DNA from: Alphaproteobacteria bacterium
Lineage (GTDB): Bacteria; Pseudomonadota; Alphaproteobacteria; JALCBB01
Length of the DNA stretch: 53,301 bases
Direction of reading: 5' to 3'
Assembly (NCBI GenBank): GCA_028066985.1
Contig: JALCBB010000001.1
Span: forward strand, 1-53,301
The notes under the pieces were generated by a model. It made no database searches, was not told the origin of the DNA, and saw only the letters and a program-made list of their open reading frames with translations. This document shows positions 7,037 to 17,229 of this stretch, piece by piece. Within the stretch, counting starts at the first letter, position 1. Every line of letters starts with the position of its first letter. The position numbers and the translations under genes were made by a program.

Positions 7037-8457
7037 ACTGGCACGGACACGAAATCGCCGCCGCGCTCGGCAGCCAACTCGTCGCCGCGCCCGAAAATCT
7101 CGCCTGGGAAGCCTCGGGCGTCTCAATAGACTCGCGCACCCTCAGACAAAACGAAATCTTCGTCGCCCTCAAAGGGCCGAACTTCAACGGCGGCGACTTC
7201 CTGCCGCAGGTCGCCGATAAACTCGCCGCCGCCGCCATCGCCGAAAATGCTCCGCCCGAAATCGCGCGCAAAATTCCCGTCTTTCAAGTCCGCAGCGGAC
7301 ACCTCGGCCTCGCCGCGCTCGCCGAATACGCCCGCGACACCGGCAACGCCAGCCGCATCGCCGTCACAGGCTCAAACGGCAAAACTTCAATGCGGAAACT
7401 CGTCAGCCTCGCGCTCGGCGGCGCCGGCAGCGTCCACGCGAGCATTCGGAGTTACAACAACAAGGTCGGCGTCTCGCTCACGCTCGCGCAGATGAAACGC
7501 GGCGCGAAATTCGCCGTGCTTGAAGTCGGCACCAACCACCCCGGCGAAATCCGCGAACTCGCCGAACTCGTCAAGCCGCGCCTCGCCGTGCTGACCTCGG
7601 TCGGCAGCGCCCACATCGGACATTTTAATTCGCGCAACGAACTCGCCGCAGAAAAAGCCGCTCTCATCGCGCAACTGGACAGCGAAGGCGTCGCCGTTGT
7701 CCACGAGTCGGCGCGGGAACTCGGCGCCGTCGCCGCCGCCGCCGAAAACGCCGGCGTCAAAATTCATTCCTACGGGCGCGGCGAAAATACAGACGCGAAA
7801 CTCATCTCCGTCACACCCGAAACGCCGACGGAAAGCCAGCCCCTCCCGAACAGCGTCACCGTCACCGCCGATGTGACGGGTCAAAGTGTGCGCTTTCAAC
7901 TCCGCACCCCCGCGCCGCATCACGCCGAACTCGCCATCGGCGCGCTGCTCGTCGCGAAACTCCTCGGCGCCGACACCGCCGCCGCCGCCCAAGACCTGCG
8001 CGAATACCAGCCGCCCGACGGACGCGGCAACATCATTCGCGTCCGCGGCGCGTGGGTCGTTGATGACTCCTATAACGCGAACCCCGAGTCCGTCGCCGCC
8101 GCGCTTTCGCTCGTCGGCGGCGCCAGACTCGCGCCCGGCGCCGAGCGCATAGCCGTCCTCGCCGATATGGGCGAACTCGGCGCGCAGAGCGAAGAACTGC
8201 ACCTCGGCCTCGTGCCGCACATTCTTAACGCGAAGATTACGCGGCTCTTTCTTGTCGGCAGGGAAATCCAGCCCGTGGCGAAAAGTCTCTCCCGCAACCG
8301 CGACATCAAAGTCCGGTGGGCGGAAAGTCTCAAGTCCCTCAACCTCAGCCCCGGCGACATCGCGCGCAATCATAACCTCATTCTCGTCAAAGGATCACGC
8401 GCCGCGAAACTTGACGCCTTTGTCGTCTCCCTCGTCAACACCGCTGCCGAAAAATAA
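7033..8457 (+). CDS. murF: UDP-N-acetylmuramoyl-tripeptide--D-alanyl-D-alanine ligase MurF
   Basis: VTGSNGKTS P-loop and DDSYNANP motif; ATGA overlap with the murE stop. Confidence 0.95.
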   Translation: MNWHGHEIAAALGSQLVAAPENLAWEASGVSIDSRTLRQNEIFVALKGPNFNGGDFLPQVADKLAAAAIAENAPPEIARKIPVFQVRSGHLGLAALAEYARDTGNASRIAVTGSNGKTSMRKLVSLALGGAGSVHASIRSYNNKVGVSLTLAQMKRGAKFAVLEVGTNHPGEIRELAELVKPRLAVLTSVGSAHIGHFNSRNELAAEKAALIAQLDSEGVAVVHESARELGAVAAAAENAGVKIHSYGRGENTDAKLISVTPETPTESQPLPNSVTVTADVTGQSVRFQLRTPAPHHAELAIGALLVAKLLGADTAAAAQDLREYQPPDGRGNIIRVRGAWVVDDSYNANPESVAAALSLVGGARLAPGAERIAVLADMGELGAQSEELHLGLVPHILNAKITRLFLVGREIQPVAKSLSRNRDIKVRWAESLKSLNLSPGDIARNHNLILVKGSRAAKLDAFVVSLVNTAAEK

Positions 8458-8463
8458 AACGCG

Positions 8464-9558
8464 ATGCTCTACCACCTCTTCACCTCGCTCGCCGACTCCG
8501 TGTCGGTCTTCAATGTCTTTCGCTATCTGTCGTTTCGCAGCGGACTCGCCATCCTCACCGCGCTCGTCATCAGTTTCGCCGTCGGCGACCGGCTCATCCT
8601 CTGGCTCAAAAATAAACAGGGCAACGGACAGCCCATCCGCGAAGACGGACCCGAAACACACCTGCGCTCCAAACGCGGCACGCCGACAATGGGCGGCGCG
8701 CTCATCCTGCTCTCGCTCGGCAGCGCCACTCTGCTCTGGGCAGACCTCACCAACCCGTATATCTGGATCGCCATCGCCGTCACGCTCTCGTTCGGCGCCA
8801 TCGGCCTGCTGGACGACTACCTCAAGGTCACGCGCGCGCACGCCGGGCAGGGAGTGCCGGGCAGACTGCGGCTCTCCGTTGAGGCGGTTATCGTGATCGT
8901 CGCCGCCGTCGCCGTCGCCGTCATCGGGCCCGACGAACTCGCATACACGCTCGCCTTTCCCGTCTTTAAAAACGCGCTGCTGTATCTGGGGCCGGTGCTG
9001 TTCGCCGCCTTCGCGATTCCCGTCGTCGCCGGCGCCGCCAACGCCGTCAACCTCACCGACGGACTCGACGGACTCGCAATCGTGCCCGTCATGATCGCCG
9101 CCGCATGTTTCGCCGCCATCGCATACCTCACCGGCAACGCCGTCTTCGCCGAGTATCTCCAGATTCACTATGTCAGCGGCGCGGGCGAACTCGCCGTGCT
9201 GTGTTCGGCGCTCGTCGGCGCGAGCCTCGGCTTCCTCTGGTTCAACGCGCCGCCCGCCATGATCTTCATGGGCGACACCGGCGCGCTCGCATGCGGCGCG
9301 CTGCTCGGCACCGTCGCCGTCATCACGCGGCACGAAATCGTGCTTGCGATCATCGGCGGACTCTTCGTCGCCGAGGCTCTCTCCGTGATGATCCAGGTGC
9401 TGTGGTTCAAAAAAACCGGCAACCGCATCTTTCTCATGGCGCCGTTCCACCACCACTTTGAAAAGAAGGGATGGTCCGAACCCAAAATCGTCATCCGCTT
9501 CTGGATCATCGCCGTCATCTGCGCCCTCGCCGGGCTGTCAACGCTCAAACTGCGATAA
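8464..9558 (+). CDS. mraY: Phospho-N-acetylmuramoyl-pentapeptide-transferase MraY
   Basis: Polytopic membrane protein with [13 protein letters not shown] and FMGDTGALA motifs. Confidence 0.97.
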   Translation: MLYHLFTSLADSVSVFNVFRYLSFRSGLAILTALVISFAVGDRLILWLKNKQGNGQPIREDGPETHLRSKRGTPTMGGALILLSLGSATLLWADLTNPYIWIAIAVTLSFGAIGLLDDYLKVTRAHAGQGVPGRLRLSVEAVIVIVAAVAVAVIGPDELAYTLAFPVFKNALLYLGPVLFAAFAIPVVAGAANAVNLTDGLDGLAIVPVMIAAACFAAIAYLTGNAVFAEYLQIHYVSGAGELAVLCSALVGASLGFLWFNAPPAMIFMGDTGALACGALLGTVAVITRHEIVLAIIGGLFVAEALSVMIQVLWFKKTGNRIFLMAPFHHHFEKKGWSEPKIVIRFWIIAVICALAGLSTLKLR

Positions 9559-9562
9559 CAAA

Positions 9563-10969
9563 ATGCACTTCAGCGCGGCAGACAAAATCTTCGTCCTCGG
9601 ACTCGGCGCGACCGGCGGCTCGGTCGTCGCCGCCGCCCTCGCCGACAACGCCAGCGTCTGCGCCTGGGACGACAATCCCGAACAAAGACGGCTTGACCCC
9701 GCGCCGGGGCTGTCACTGCCGCGAAACGAAAACGACGCGCGCCGCGAACTGCAGGACGCGACACTGCTCGTGTGGAGTCCGGGCATTCCGCATTCCGGCG
9801 AAAACGCGCACCCCATCGCCCGCGAAGCGAAAAAATGCGGACTCAAACCCGTCTCCGATGTTGAGGTCTTCCTGCGCGGACTGCGCGCGGAAAAAAACAG
9901 CGCCAGAGTCGCCGCCGTCACAGGCACCGACGGCAAATCAACCACCGCGACACTCATCGCCGAATTCCTCTCCGCCGACGGCAAACACGCCGTGCCGTGC
10001 GGCAACCTGGGGCCTCCCGTGCTGAATGTCGCGCGCGAACGCGGGACGCAGGGACAGCCCGTCTATGTGCTGGAACTCAGTTCGTTTCAACTCACCATCA
10101 CGCCGTCGCTCGCCGCCGAGGTCGCCGTGCTTGTCAGTCTCGCGCCCGATCACATCGACTGGCACGGCTCGCTGGAGAAATACATCAGCGCCAAACGCGC
10201 CGTCTTTCATAACGCCGCCAGCGCCGTTATCGGCACCGACGACGAACTCTCCGCGCGCGAAGCCGAGCGCATTCAGAGCGAGAGCGGTCATCGGAGTCCG
10301 CCGTGCGTGCGTGTTTCCGGACGCGCGATGCCGGACGGCGGCGTCGGTGTGCAGTCCGACGCGCTGCGCGACCGGCACGGAACCGTCGCCGACTTTCCGG
10401 ACGACAGCCCCTTCGCCGCGCGGCATAACCGTCTCAACGCCGCCGCCGCCTTCGCCGCCGCCTCGCTCCTCGGAGCCTCGCGCCGCAACGCCGAGAGTGT
10501 GCTTAAAAACTTTCGCGGGCTGCCGCATCGGTACGAAATTGTCGGCGAGCGCGACGGTGTTTCTTTTGTCAACGACTCCAAGGCGACGACCGTTCACGCC
10601 GCGCGCGCCGCCCTCGCCGCCGAGCAGAATATTTTCTGGATCGCCGGCGGCAACGCCAAGGGGCAGAACCTCGCGCCGCTCTTCTCGGACGACAATCACG
10701 CGCGGCATCTTTACGCGATCGGCAACGCCGCCGATGAACTTCTGCGCCACGCCGCCGCCGCGGGAATTTCGGCGACAAAACACGACAGCCTCGCCGACGC
10801 CTTCAATGTCGCCGCCTCCGCCGCCGCCGAATTCGTCACGAAATCGGGGGAGGGCGCGGTTGTCCTGTTGTCGCCGGCATGTGCTTCAACCGACGACTTC
10901 CGCAACTTCGCGGATCGCGGAAATCAATTTCGCAAACTCGCCGAGCATCGGCGCGGAGTGAAAAACTGA
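9563..10969 (+). CDS. murD: UDP-N-acetylmuramoylalanine--D-glutamate ligase MurD
   Basis: Refined start ATG 9563 (MHFSAADKIFVLGLGATGGS), in frame with track ORF 9458. VTGTDGKST P-loop and NDSKATT motif. Confidence 0.93.
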   Translation: MHFSAADKIFVLGLGATGGSVVAAALADNASVCAWDDNPEQRRLDPAPGLSLPRNENDARRELQDATLLVWSPGIPHSGENAHPIAREAKKCGLKPVSDVEVFLRGLRAEKNSARVAAVTGTDGKSTTATLIAEFLSADGKHAVPCGNLGPPVLNVARERGTQGQPVYVLELSSFQLTITPSLAAEVAVLVSLAPDHIDWHGSLEKYISAKRAVFHNAASAVIGTDDELSAREAERIQSESGHRSPPCVRVSGRAMPDGGVGVQSDALRDRHGTVADFPDDSPFAARHNRLNAAAAFAAASLLGASRRNAESVLKNFRGLPHRYEIVGERDGVSFVNDSKATTVHAARAALAAEQNIFWIAGGNAKGQNLAPLFSDDNHARHLYAIGNAADELLRHAAAAGISATKHDSLADAFNVAASAAAEFVTKSGEGAVVLLSPACASTDDFRNFADRGNQFRKLAEHRRGVKN

Positions 10970-12090
10970 TGCCGCACCGACTCATTCCGAAACGCGACAA
11001 CAGCGTCTTCTCGCAGTGGTGGTGGAGCGCCGACCTGCCCGTGCTTGCCGCGCTCGCCGCGCTCATCTTCTTCGGGATGCTCCTCTCGTTCAGCGCGACC
11101 CAGCCGCTCGCCGCCAGTCTCGGACAGCAGCACTACGCCCGCGCGATGCCGCATATGGCGTATGCGCTGGTCGCGCTCGCGCTGCTTGTCGCGGTGTCGT
11201 TTCTCAATGCTGACGCGGTTCGGCGCGCGGCGATTATCGCGTGCGCGGCGTGTGTCGTGCTGCTGGTCGCGACGCTTGTGATCGGCACCGAGATCAAGGG
11301 CGCGCGGCGGTGGCTTAATGTGTTCGGGTTTTCGGTGCAGCCGAGCGAGTTTGCGAAGCCGGCTTTCGCGGTCGCGGCGGCGTGGCTGCTGACGGCGGCG
11401 GGCGGGAGGTTTCGGCATCCGGCGTCGCTGGCGGCGTTCGGGCTTTGCGCGCTGCTTTGCGGCTTGCTGCTGCTTCAGCCGGACATCGGGCAGACGGTGA
11501 TTGTCATTTTTATTTTCGGCGCCGAATTTTTTGTCGCCGGGTTTTCGCCTTTTCTTGTGGCGGCGCTGGCTTTGCTTGGCGCGCTGATTTTGCTCGGCGC
11601 GTATCATCTTTTTCCGCATGTGGCGGAGCGGATTAATATTTTTCTGGACCCGGCGTCCGGCGACACTTATCAGGTGGAGCGTTCGCTTGAGGCGTTCGGC
11701 GCCGGCGGGTGGCGCGGTGTCGGGCTGCTGGACGGGCAGATCAAGCAGAAACTTCCGGACCGGCAGTCTGATTTTATTTTCGCTGTTATCGGCGAGGAGA
11801 TGGGTTTCGTTTTCGCGCTGCTTGTGGTTCTGACATTTATGTTTATCGCGGTGCGGGTGCTGTTGAAACTTTCGCGCGAGCCGCGGGCGTTCGCGGCTGT
11901 CGCGGGTGTGGGGCTGCTTACGCAGTTTATCGCGCAGACTTTTGTCAATGTCGGTTCAAGTTTGCAGATGATTCCGACGAAGGGGATGACGCTGCCGTTT
12001 TTGAGTCATGGCGGGTCTTCTTTGCTGGCGATGGGGCTTGGAATGGGCGCGCTCCTGGCACTCCTCAGAAGTCCACATATAACACGATGA
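10969..12090 (+). CDS. ftsW: Peptidoglycan glycosyltransferase FtsW (SEDS family)
   Basis: Refined start ATG 10969 (TGATG overlap with the murD stop). QPSEFAKP, PDRQSDFIF and GMTLPFLSHGGSS motifs. Confidence 0.93.
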   Translation: MPHRLIPKRDNSVFSQWWWSADLPVLAALAALIFFGMLLSFSATQPLAASLGQQHYARAMPHMAYALVALALLVAVSFLNADAVRRAAIIACAACVVLLVATLVIGTEIKGARRWLNVFGFSVQPSEFAKPAFAVAAAWLLTAAGGRFRHPASLAAFGLCALLCGLLLLQPDIGQTVIVIFIFGAEFFVAGFSPFLVAALALLGALILLGAYHLFPHVAERINIFLDPASGDTYQVERSLEAFGAGGWRGVGLLDGQIKQKLPDRQSDFIFAVIGEEMGFVFALLVVLTFMFIAVRVLLKLSREPRAFAAVAGVGLLTQFIAQTFVNVGSSLQMIPTKGMTLPFLSHGGSSLLAMGLGMGALLALLRSPHITR

Positions 12091-12416
12091 CAAACGACTC
12101 TCACACCGCCTTTGTCGTCAATGACACAGATGACACTTTGTCTGTCGTCAACCATGCTTTGACGACCGCGACAACTGCCCCCGCCTCTTTGTCTGTCGTC
12201 AATGCACACAATGACAACGACAATGACAATGGACACCTGCATTGTCGTCCATCACTGTCATTGTCCTTTTTTATTTTTTTGCAGGCAGCGCCTGCGGGCA
12301 TCAGCGGGTGCGGCTCGCTTGAGCCAACACCTTTGCCAGTCCAAGTCGCTCGCTCACTAATGCCAGAGGCGGTGCTTCGGGGGGGCGACTTGCATGGTCG
12401 TCCATTCACATCATGA
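12087..12416 (+). other. Repeat-derived bridging ORF (109 codons); coding status doubtful
   Basis: ATG 12087 overlaps the ftsW stop (ATGA) and the stop overlaps the murG ATG 12413 (ATGA). The arm is read in the same frame as in ftsI (FFIFLQAAPAGISGCGSLEPT). Confidence 0.25.
12096..12412 (+). repeat. Repeat element between ftsW and murG, flanked by the direct repeat ATGACAAA
   Basis: CCTTTGTCGTC leader, CTTTGTCTGTCGTCAA twice, X hairpin 12229-12266, T run, arm hairpin GCAGGCAGCGCCTGC 12281-12295, CTCACTAATGCC 12353-12364, terminal AGAGGCGGTGCTTCG, second X 12382-12410. ATGACAAA at 12087-12094 and 12413-12420. Confidence 0.85.
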
Positions 12417-13555
12417 CAAAGAACCCCCACATCGTCCTCGTCGCCGGCGGAACCGCAGGACATCTCTTCCCCGCGCTCGCCACCGCGCAGACCCTCCAGG
12501 CCCAGGACTACAGCGTCGCCCTCATCTGCGATCACCGCACTCACTCACACCTCCAGTCACAAAACATCACCATCACCGCTCACACCCTCCCCGCCGCCTC
12601 GCCGCGCTCGCGCAACCCCGTCACCATCGCCCTCGCCACCTTCACTCTTATTAACAGCACCCTCAAAGCCGCCAGACTCTTCATCGCCCGCCGACCCCGC
12701 GCCGTCATCACCTTCGGCGGATACACCAGCATCCCCCCCGCCATCGCCGCCATCACCCTCCGCATCCCGACCATCATCCACGAGCAAAATCACACCCTCG
12801 GCCTCGCCAACAAACTCCTCGCCCCCGTCGCCACCACAATCGCCACCTCCTTCCCCGACACCCGCGGACTGCCGAAATACGCCCGCCGCAAAACCACAAC
12901 CACCGGCACTCCCGTCCGCGCCAACATCGCCGCCGTCGCCGGCACTCCATACAAAACACCGCAGGACAGCGGCACCGTTAATGTCCTCGTCATCGGCGGC
13001 AGCCAGGGCGCCGAAACTTTCAATCACCTCATCCCCGAAACTATCGCGCTGCTCCCCGAAAATATCCGCAGCCGCCTCCGCATCACGCAACAAGTGCGCG
13101 GCGACACCGCGTCCGTTCGCCGTCAGTACCAGGACCTCAACATCAACGCCGACCTCGCCGGCTTCTTCACAAACATCAACGAACTCCTCGCCGATACACA
13201 CCTCGTCATCGCGCGCGCCGGCGCATCAACCGTCGCCGAACTCGTCGCCACCGCGCGTCCTGCCATTCTCATTCCGTACCCCCACGCCGCCAACAACCAC
13301 CAGACGCACAACGCGCGAAACTTCGCAAACCTCGGCGGCGGACAAATGCTCGCGCAAGACAAAGCCTCCCCGCGAACCCTCGCCGACACCCTCGCCGAAT
13401 GGCTCGCAAACCCCGACAAACTCATCGCCGCGTCAAACGCGCTTCGTAACCAGTCGCCGAAAAATCCGGAGGCGCGGCTCGCGAACTGCGTCCGCGACAT
13501 CATCGCCCGCAAAAGCGTCGGCCGCCGCCAGACGAAAGAAAGGCTCGCGCTGTGA
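12413..13555 (+). CDS. murG: UDP-N-acetylglucosamine--N-acetylmuramyl-(pentapeptide) pyrophosphoryl-undecaprenol GlcNAc transferase MurG
   Basis: GGTAGHLFPALA N-terminal motif and ARAGASTVAEL. Confidence 0.95.
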   Translation: MTKNPHIVLVAGGTAGHLFPALATAQTLQAQDYSVALICDHRTHSHLQSQNITITAHTLPAASPRSRNPVTIALATFTLINSTLKAARLFIARRPRAVITFGGYTSIPPAIAAITLRIPTIIHEQNHTLGLANKLLAPVATTIATSFPDTRGLPKYARRKTTTTGTPVRANIAAVAGTPYKTPQDSGTVNVLVIGGSQGAETFNHLIPETIALLPENIRSRLRITQQVRGDTASVRRQYQDLNINADLAGFFTNINELLADTHLVIARAGASTVAELVATARPAILIPYPHAANNHQTHNARNFANLGGGQMLAQDKASPRTLADTLAEWLANPDKLIAASNALRNQSPKNPEARLANCVRDIIARKSVGRRQTKERLAL

Positions 13556-15012
13556 CGCCCATCCACCAGCGCAAGCCGGGACTGCTGCCCGCCGACACGG
13601 GGCCGATCCACTTCATCGGCATCGGCGGCATCGGCATGAGCGGCATCGCCGAAGTGCTGCACAGCCTCGGATTCAATGTCCAGGGCAGCGACAACGCGAA
13701 TACGCCGAACCTGCAGCGTCTGCAAAAACTCGGCATCACCGCCTTTGCGAAACATCACAAAAATAATATCCGCGACGCCGATGTCGTCGTCGTGTCGTCC
13801 GCCATTCCCGGCGACAACCCCGAACTCGCCGCCGCGAAAGAACAGTTCATTCCCGTCATTCATCGCTCGGAAATGCTCGCCGAACTGATGAAACTCAAAA
13901 ACTCCATCGCCGTCACCGGGACGCACGGCAAAACCACCACCACCGCGCTCGTCTCCCACGCCCTCTGGAACACGCACCTCAACCCCACGACCATCAACGG
14001 CGGCATCGTCAACGAATGGGGCAGCAACGCCAGAATCGGCAACTCCGAGTGGATGGTCGTTGAAGCCGACGAAAGCGACGGCAGTTTCAGAAATCTGCAG
14101 TCCACCGTCGCGGTCGTCACCAACTGCGACTCCGAACACATGGACTTCTGGAAAAGTCAGCGGTCGCTTCACAACGCCTTCCGCAACTTCATCGGCAGCG
14201 TGCCGTTCTACGGATTCGCCGCGCTCTGCATTGACCACCCCGTCGTCCGCAAGATGGCGCGCGACACGACACAGCGCCGCGTCATCACCTACGGACTCTC
14301 GCCCCTCGCCGAAATTCACGCCGAGAATCCGCAGATGTCCGAACTCGGCACGCGGTTTGATCTCGTCATCGCGCCGCGCGGGTCGCAGGCGAAGCGGAAA
14401 ATCAAGTCCGTCTTTCTCTCGCTGATGGGCGAGCATAATGTGCAGAACGCGCTCGCCGCCGTCGCCGTCGCGCACGGACTCGGGCTGGATATCAACGCCG
14501 TCGCCGAAAGTTTCGCCGGCTTCTCCGGCGTCAAGCGCAGATTCACCCGCGTCGCCAGGGTCAGCAACATCAGTTTCATTGACGACTACGCGCACCATCC
14601 CGCCGAGATTCAGGTCGTGCTGCAGACCGCGCGGCAACTCCTCGCCGCGCGCGAAAACGGCGGCAGGGTCGTCGCGGTCGTTCAGCCGCACAGGTATTCG
14701 CGGCTTCAGGCGATGCTCGCCGAATTCTGCGCGTCGTTTGACAACGCCGCCGCCGTTTTCGTCACGCCCGTCTACGCCGCCGGCGAAAAGGCGCGCGAAG
14801 GCGTGAGTCACCGCGCGCTCGTCCGCGGACTGCGCGAACACGGACACAGACGCGCGAAAGCCGTCGCCAACCCCGACGAACTCGCCGCCGAACTCGCCGC
14901 CGAACTCAAGCCGCACGACTGCGTTATCTTCCTCGGCGCCGGCGACATCACGCGGTGGGCGGAAATCGCGCCGTCCGCCGTCGCGCGACTTCTCAACATC
15001 AGGGTCGCGTGA
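13552..15012 (+). CDS. murC: UDP-N-acetylmuramate--L-alanine ligase MurC
   Basis: IHFIGIGGIGMSGIAEVL and VTGTHGKTTTT; GTGA overlap with the murG stop. Confidence 0.95.
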   Translation: MTPIHQRKPGLLPADTGPIHFIGIGGIGMSGIAEVLHSLGFNVQGSDNANTPNLQRLQKLGITAFAKHHKNNIRDADVVVVSSAIPGDNPELAAAKEQFIPVIHRSEMLAELMKLKNSIAVTGTHGKTTTTALVSHALWNTHLNPTTINGGIVNEWGSNARIGNSEWMVVEADESDGSFRNLQSTVAVVTNCDSEHMDFWKSQRSLHNAFRNFIGSVPFYGFAALCIDHPVVRKMARDTTQRRVITYGLSPLAEIHAENPQMSELGTRFDLVIAPRGSQAKRKIKSVFLSLMGEHNVQNALAAVAVAHGLGLDINAVAESFAGFSGVKRRFTRVARVSNISFIDDYAHHPAEIQVVLQTARQLLAARENGGRVVAVVQPHRYSRLQAMLAEFCASFDNAAAVFVTPVYAAGEKAREGVSHRALVRGLREHGHRRAKAVANPDELAAELAAELKPHDCVIFLGAGDITRWAEIAPSAVARLLNIRVA

Positions 15013-15014
15013 AA

Positions 15015-16010
15015 ATGGCGCAGACAAAAACACCACCGCCGCGCCGCGCCGGAAGCCTCGCCGCCCGGCTTCGCGCCGCCGGCAGAAGTCTCGGCGACGA
15101 CTACATCCGCGGCAAGATCCAGGAAGAGGCGCCGCTCAACAGACACTCGTGGTTCCGCGTCGGCGGTCCCGCCGAAGTGCTCTTCTCGCCCGACGACAAG
15201 AAAGACCTCATCAACTTTCTCAAAATTCTGCCGCCCGAGACGCCGCTGACCGTGCTTGGTCTCGGCTCCAACATGCTGATTCGCGACGGCGGCGTGCGCG
15301 GCGCGGTCGTGCGGCTCTGGCGCGCGTTCGGCGCGACCAGATACTTTGAGGACGACAAAGAAATCTACGCCGAAGCCGCGGCGCCGTGTCCGCGGCTCGC
15401 GAAGTTCGCGTATGTGTCGGGTCTCGGAGGGCTTGAATTCTATCTCGGCATTCCCGGCACTGTCGGCGGCGCGATCGTGATGAACGCCGGCGCGTTCGGC
15501 GGCGAGACGAAGAAAGTCATCTCCAGGGCGTACGCGGTTCTGCGCAACGGCGACGAGTACGCGTTCACGCCGAAGACTCTTCACATGCGCTATCGCTACT
15601 CGCGGTTTCCGAAGGACGCGATCTTCATCGCCGCGAAGTTCAGCGTGAAGCCCGAGCGCAAGGGGATCATCAAAGATCGGATGGACAGCATCAGACAGCA
15701 GCGCGACCTCGCCCAGCCGACCGGCATCGCGACCGGCGGCAGCACTTTCAAGAATCCGCCGAAGCACAAGGCGTGGCGGCTCATTGAGGAGGCGGGCTGT
15801 CAGAATCTGCGTGTCGGCGCGGCGCGGGTGTCGGAGAAGCACTGCAACTTCCTGGTGAACGAGGGCGGCGCGACCGCGACCGACATTGAAGCGCTCGGCG
15901 AGGAAATTCGGCGCCGCGTCTTTGAGACATCGGGCAAAAATCTGGAATGGGAAATCCGTCGCATCGGACAGAGCAGCGCGACGGACGACTGGGAGGTGGG
16001 GCGTGGCTGA
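15015..16010 (+). CDS. murB: UDP-N-acetylenolpyruvoylglucosamine reductase MurB
   Basis: Refined start ATG 15015 (MAQTKTPPP). FAD-binding region NRHSWFRVGGPAEVLF, plus GLGSNML and GSTFKNP. Confidence 0.93.
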   Translation: MAQTKTPPPRRAGSLAARLRAAGRSLGDDYIRGKIQEEAPLNRHSWFRVGGPAEVLFSPDDKKDLINFLKILPPETPLTVLGLGSNMLIRDGGVRGAVVRLWRAFGATRYFEDDKEIYAEAAAPCPRLAKFAYVSGLGGLEFYLGIPGTVGGAIVMNAGAFGGETKKVISRAYAVLRNGDEYAFTPKTLHMRYRYSRFPKDAIFIAAKFSVKPERKGIIKDRMDSIRQQRDLAQPTGIATGGSTFKNPPKHKAWRLIEEAGCQNLRVGAARVSEKHCNFLVNEGGATATDIEALGEEIRRRVFETSGKNLEWEIRRIGQSSATDDWEVGRG

Positions 16011-17229
16011 GTCGCGGCGCGCGCTCGTGCTGTACGGCGGCGTTTCGCCGGAGCGCGAGGTGTCGCTTGTGTCGGGACGCGAGTGCGCCGCCGCGCTGAA
16101 GCGGCTCGGCTGGGAGGTCGCGTTGTATGACTGGCGCGGCGACGGCGATGACTTTCGCGCGCGCGCGGCGGGGGCGCGGTTTGTGTTTAACGCGCTGCAT
16201 GGCGGCGACGGCGAGAACGGCGATCTGGCGCGGCGGTTTGAAGATGTGCTGTTCACACATTCGCCGCCTGGGGCGTCGGCGCTGGCGATGGACAAGGTGC
16301 AGACGCGCGAGTTCGCGGTGAGCATTGGTTTGAGTGTGCCGCCCGGCGAGATTGCGACTTGCGCGGAGGTGCGGTCTGGTTTTGAGCCGTTTGCGCGTCC
16401 GTTTGTGGTGAAGCCGATCGCGGGGGGGTCAAGTATTGGTGTTTGCATTGTCGGCGGCGGGGGTGATGTGTCGGCGATGGAGTGTGGTGATGATGATGAT
16501 TTGCTTGTGGAGGTGTTTATTCCCGGGCGTGAGTTGACGGTTTCGGTTTTGGATGGTCGTGCGCTGGCGGTGACGGAGTTGCGGTCGCGGACGGCGTTTT
16601 ATGATTATGAGGCGAAGTATTCTTCGGGTGTGACGGAGCATCTTGTGCCGGCGCCGGTGCCGGAGGGTGTGTATCGCGCGGCGATGGAGGCGGCGGAGCG
16701 GATGCATGAGGTTTTGGGTTGTCGGGGTGTGTCGCGGAGTGATTTTCGCTGGGATGAGGGTGGTGTGGTTGATGGTGTGGTGTTGTATTTGCTGGAGGTG
16801 AATACGCAGCCTGGGATGACGCCGACGAGTCTGGTGCCGGAGCAGGCTTTGTTTTGCGGGATGGATTTTGACGCGCTTGTTGCGCGGATTGTTGATTCTG
16901 CCTTGTCCGCCAATTCGTCAAACAGCGACACAATGAAGGCGCCCCTTAAAAAGTCCAATGATGCGGACACATCAGGCGCGCCCGTTTCATTGTCTTCTCC
17001 TTCATCGTCCGTCACCGCTCCTGTTAAGGAGTGCGATGGGGACAATAAAGGGGGGCGAGTTTCATTGTCCTCTCTTTCATTGTCTGACAATTCGCTTGTT
17101 AAAAAGTCCGATATGGACAATAAAAGGGCGCGTTGTTCGTCGTCCTCTTCATTGTCTGTCAATTCGCCCGTTAAAAAGTCCAACGGGGACGCTTTAAGTG
17201 CGCCTTTTTCTGTCGGAGTTGCGTCGTGA
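16003..17229 (+). CDS. ddl: D-alanine--D-alanine ligase with a repeat-encoded C-terminal tail
   Basis: Refined start GTG 16003, overlapping the murB stop. LVLYGGVSPEREVSL and the ATP-grasp motif EVNTQPGMT. The canonical domain ends near ARIVDSAL (about 16905); about 100 further codons are tandem repeats. Confidence 0.9.
   Translation: MAESRRALVLYGGVSPEREVSLVSGRECAAALKRLGWEVALYDWRGDGDDFRARAAGARFVFNALHGGDGENGDLARRFEDVLFTHSPPGASALAMDKVQTREFAVSIGLSVPPGEIATCAEVRSGFEPFARPFVVKPIAGGSSIGVCIVGGGGDVSAMECGDDDDLLVEVFIPGRELTVSVLDGRALAVTELRSRTAFYDYEAKYSSGVTEHLVPAPVPEGVYRAAMEAAERMHEVLGCRGVSRSDFRWDEGGVVDGVVLYLLEVNTQPGMTPTSLVPEQALFCGMDFDALVARIVDSALSANSSNSDTMKAPLKKSNDADTSGAPVSLSSPSSSVTAPVKECDGDNKGGRVSLSSLSLSDNSLVKKSDMDNKRARCSSSSSLSVNSPVKKSNGDALSAPFSVGVAS
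16944..17200 (+). repeat. About 75-bp tandem repeat, roughly 3.4 copies, inside the ddl 3' end
   Basis: Units start near 16944, 17022, 17097 and 17170. Each carries GTTAAAAAGTCC...GGACAATAAA...TTTCATTGTCC with GGACAAT/ATTGTCC inverted repeats. A period of 25 codons keeps the frame. Confidence 0.8.
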
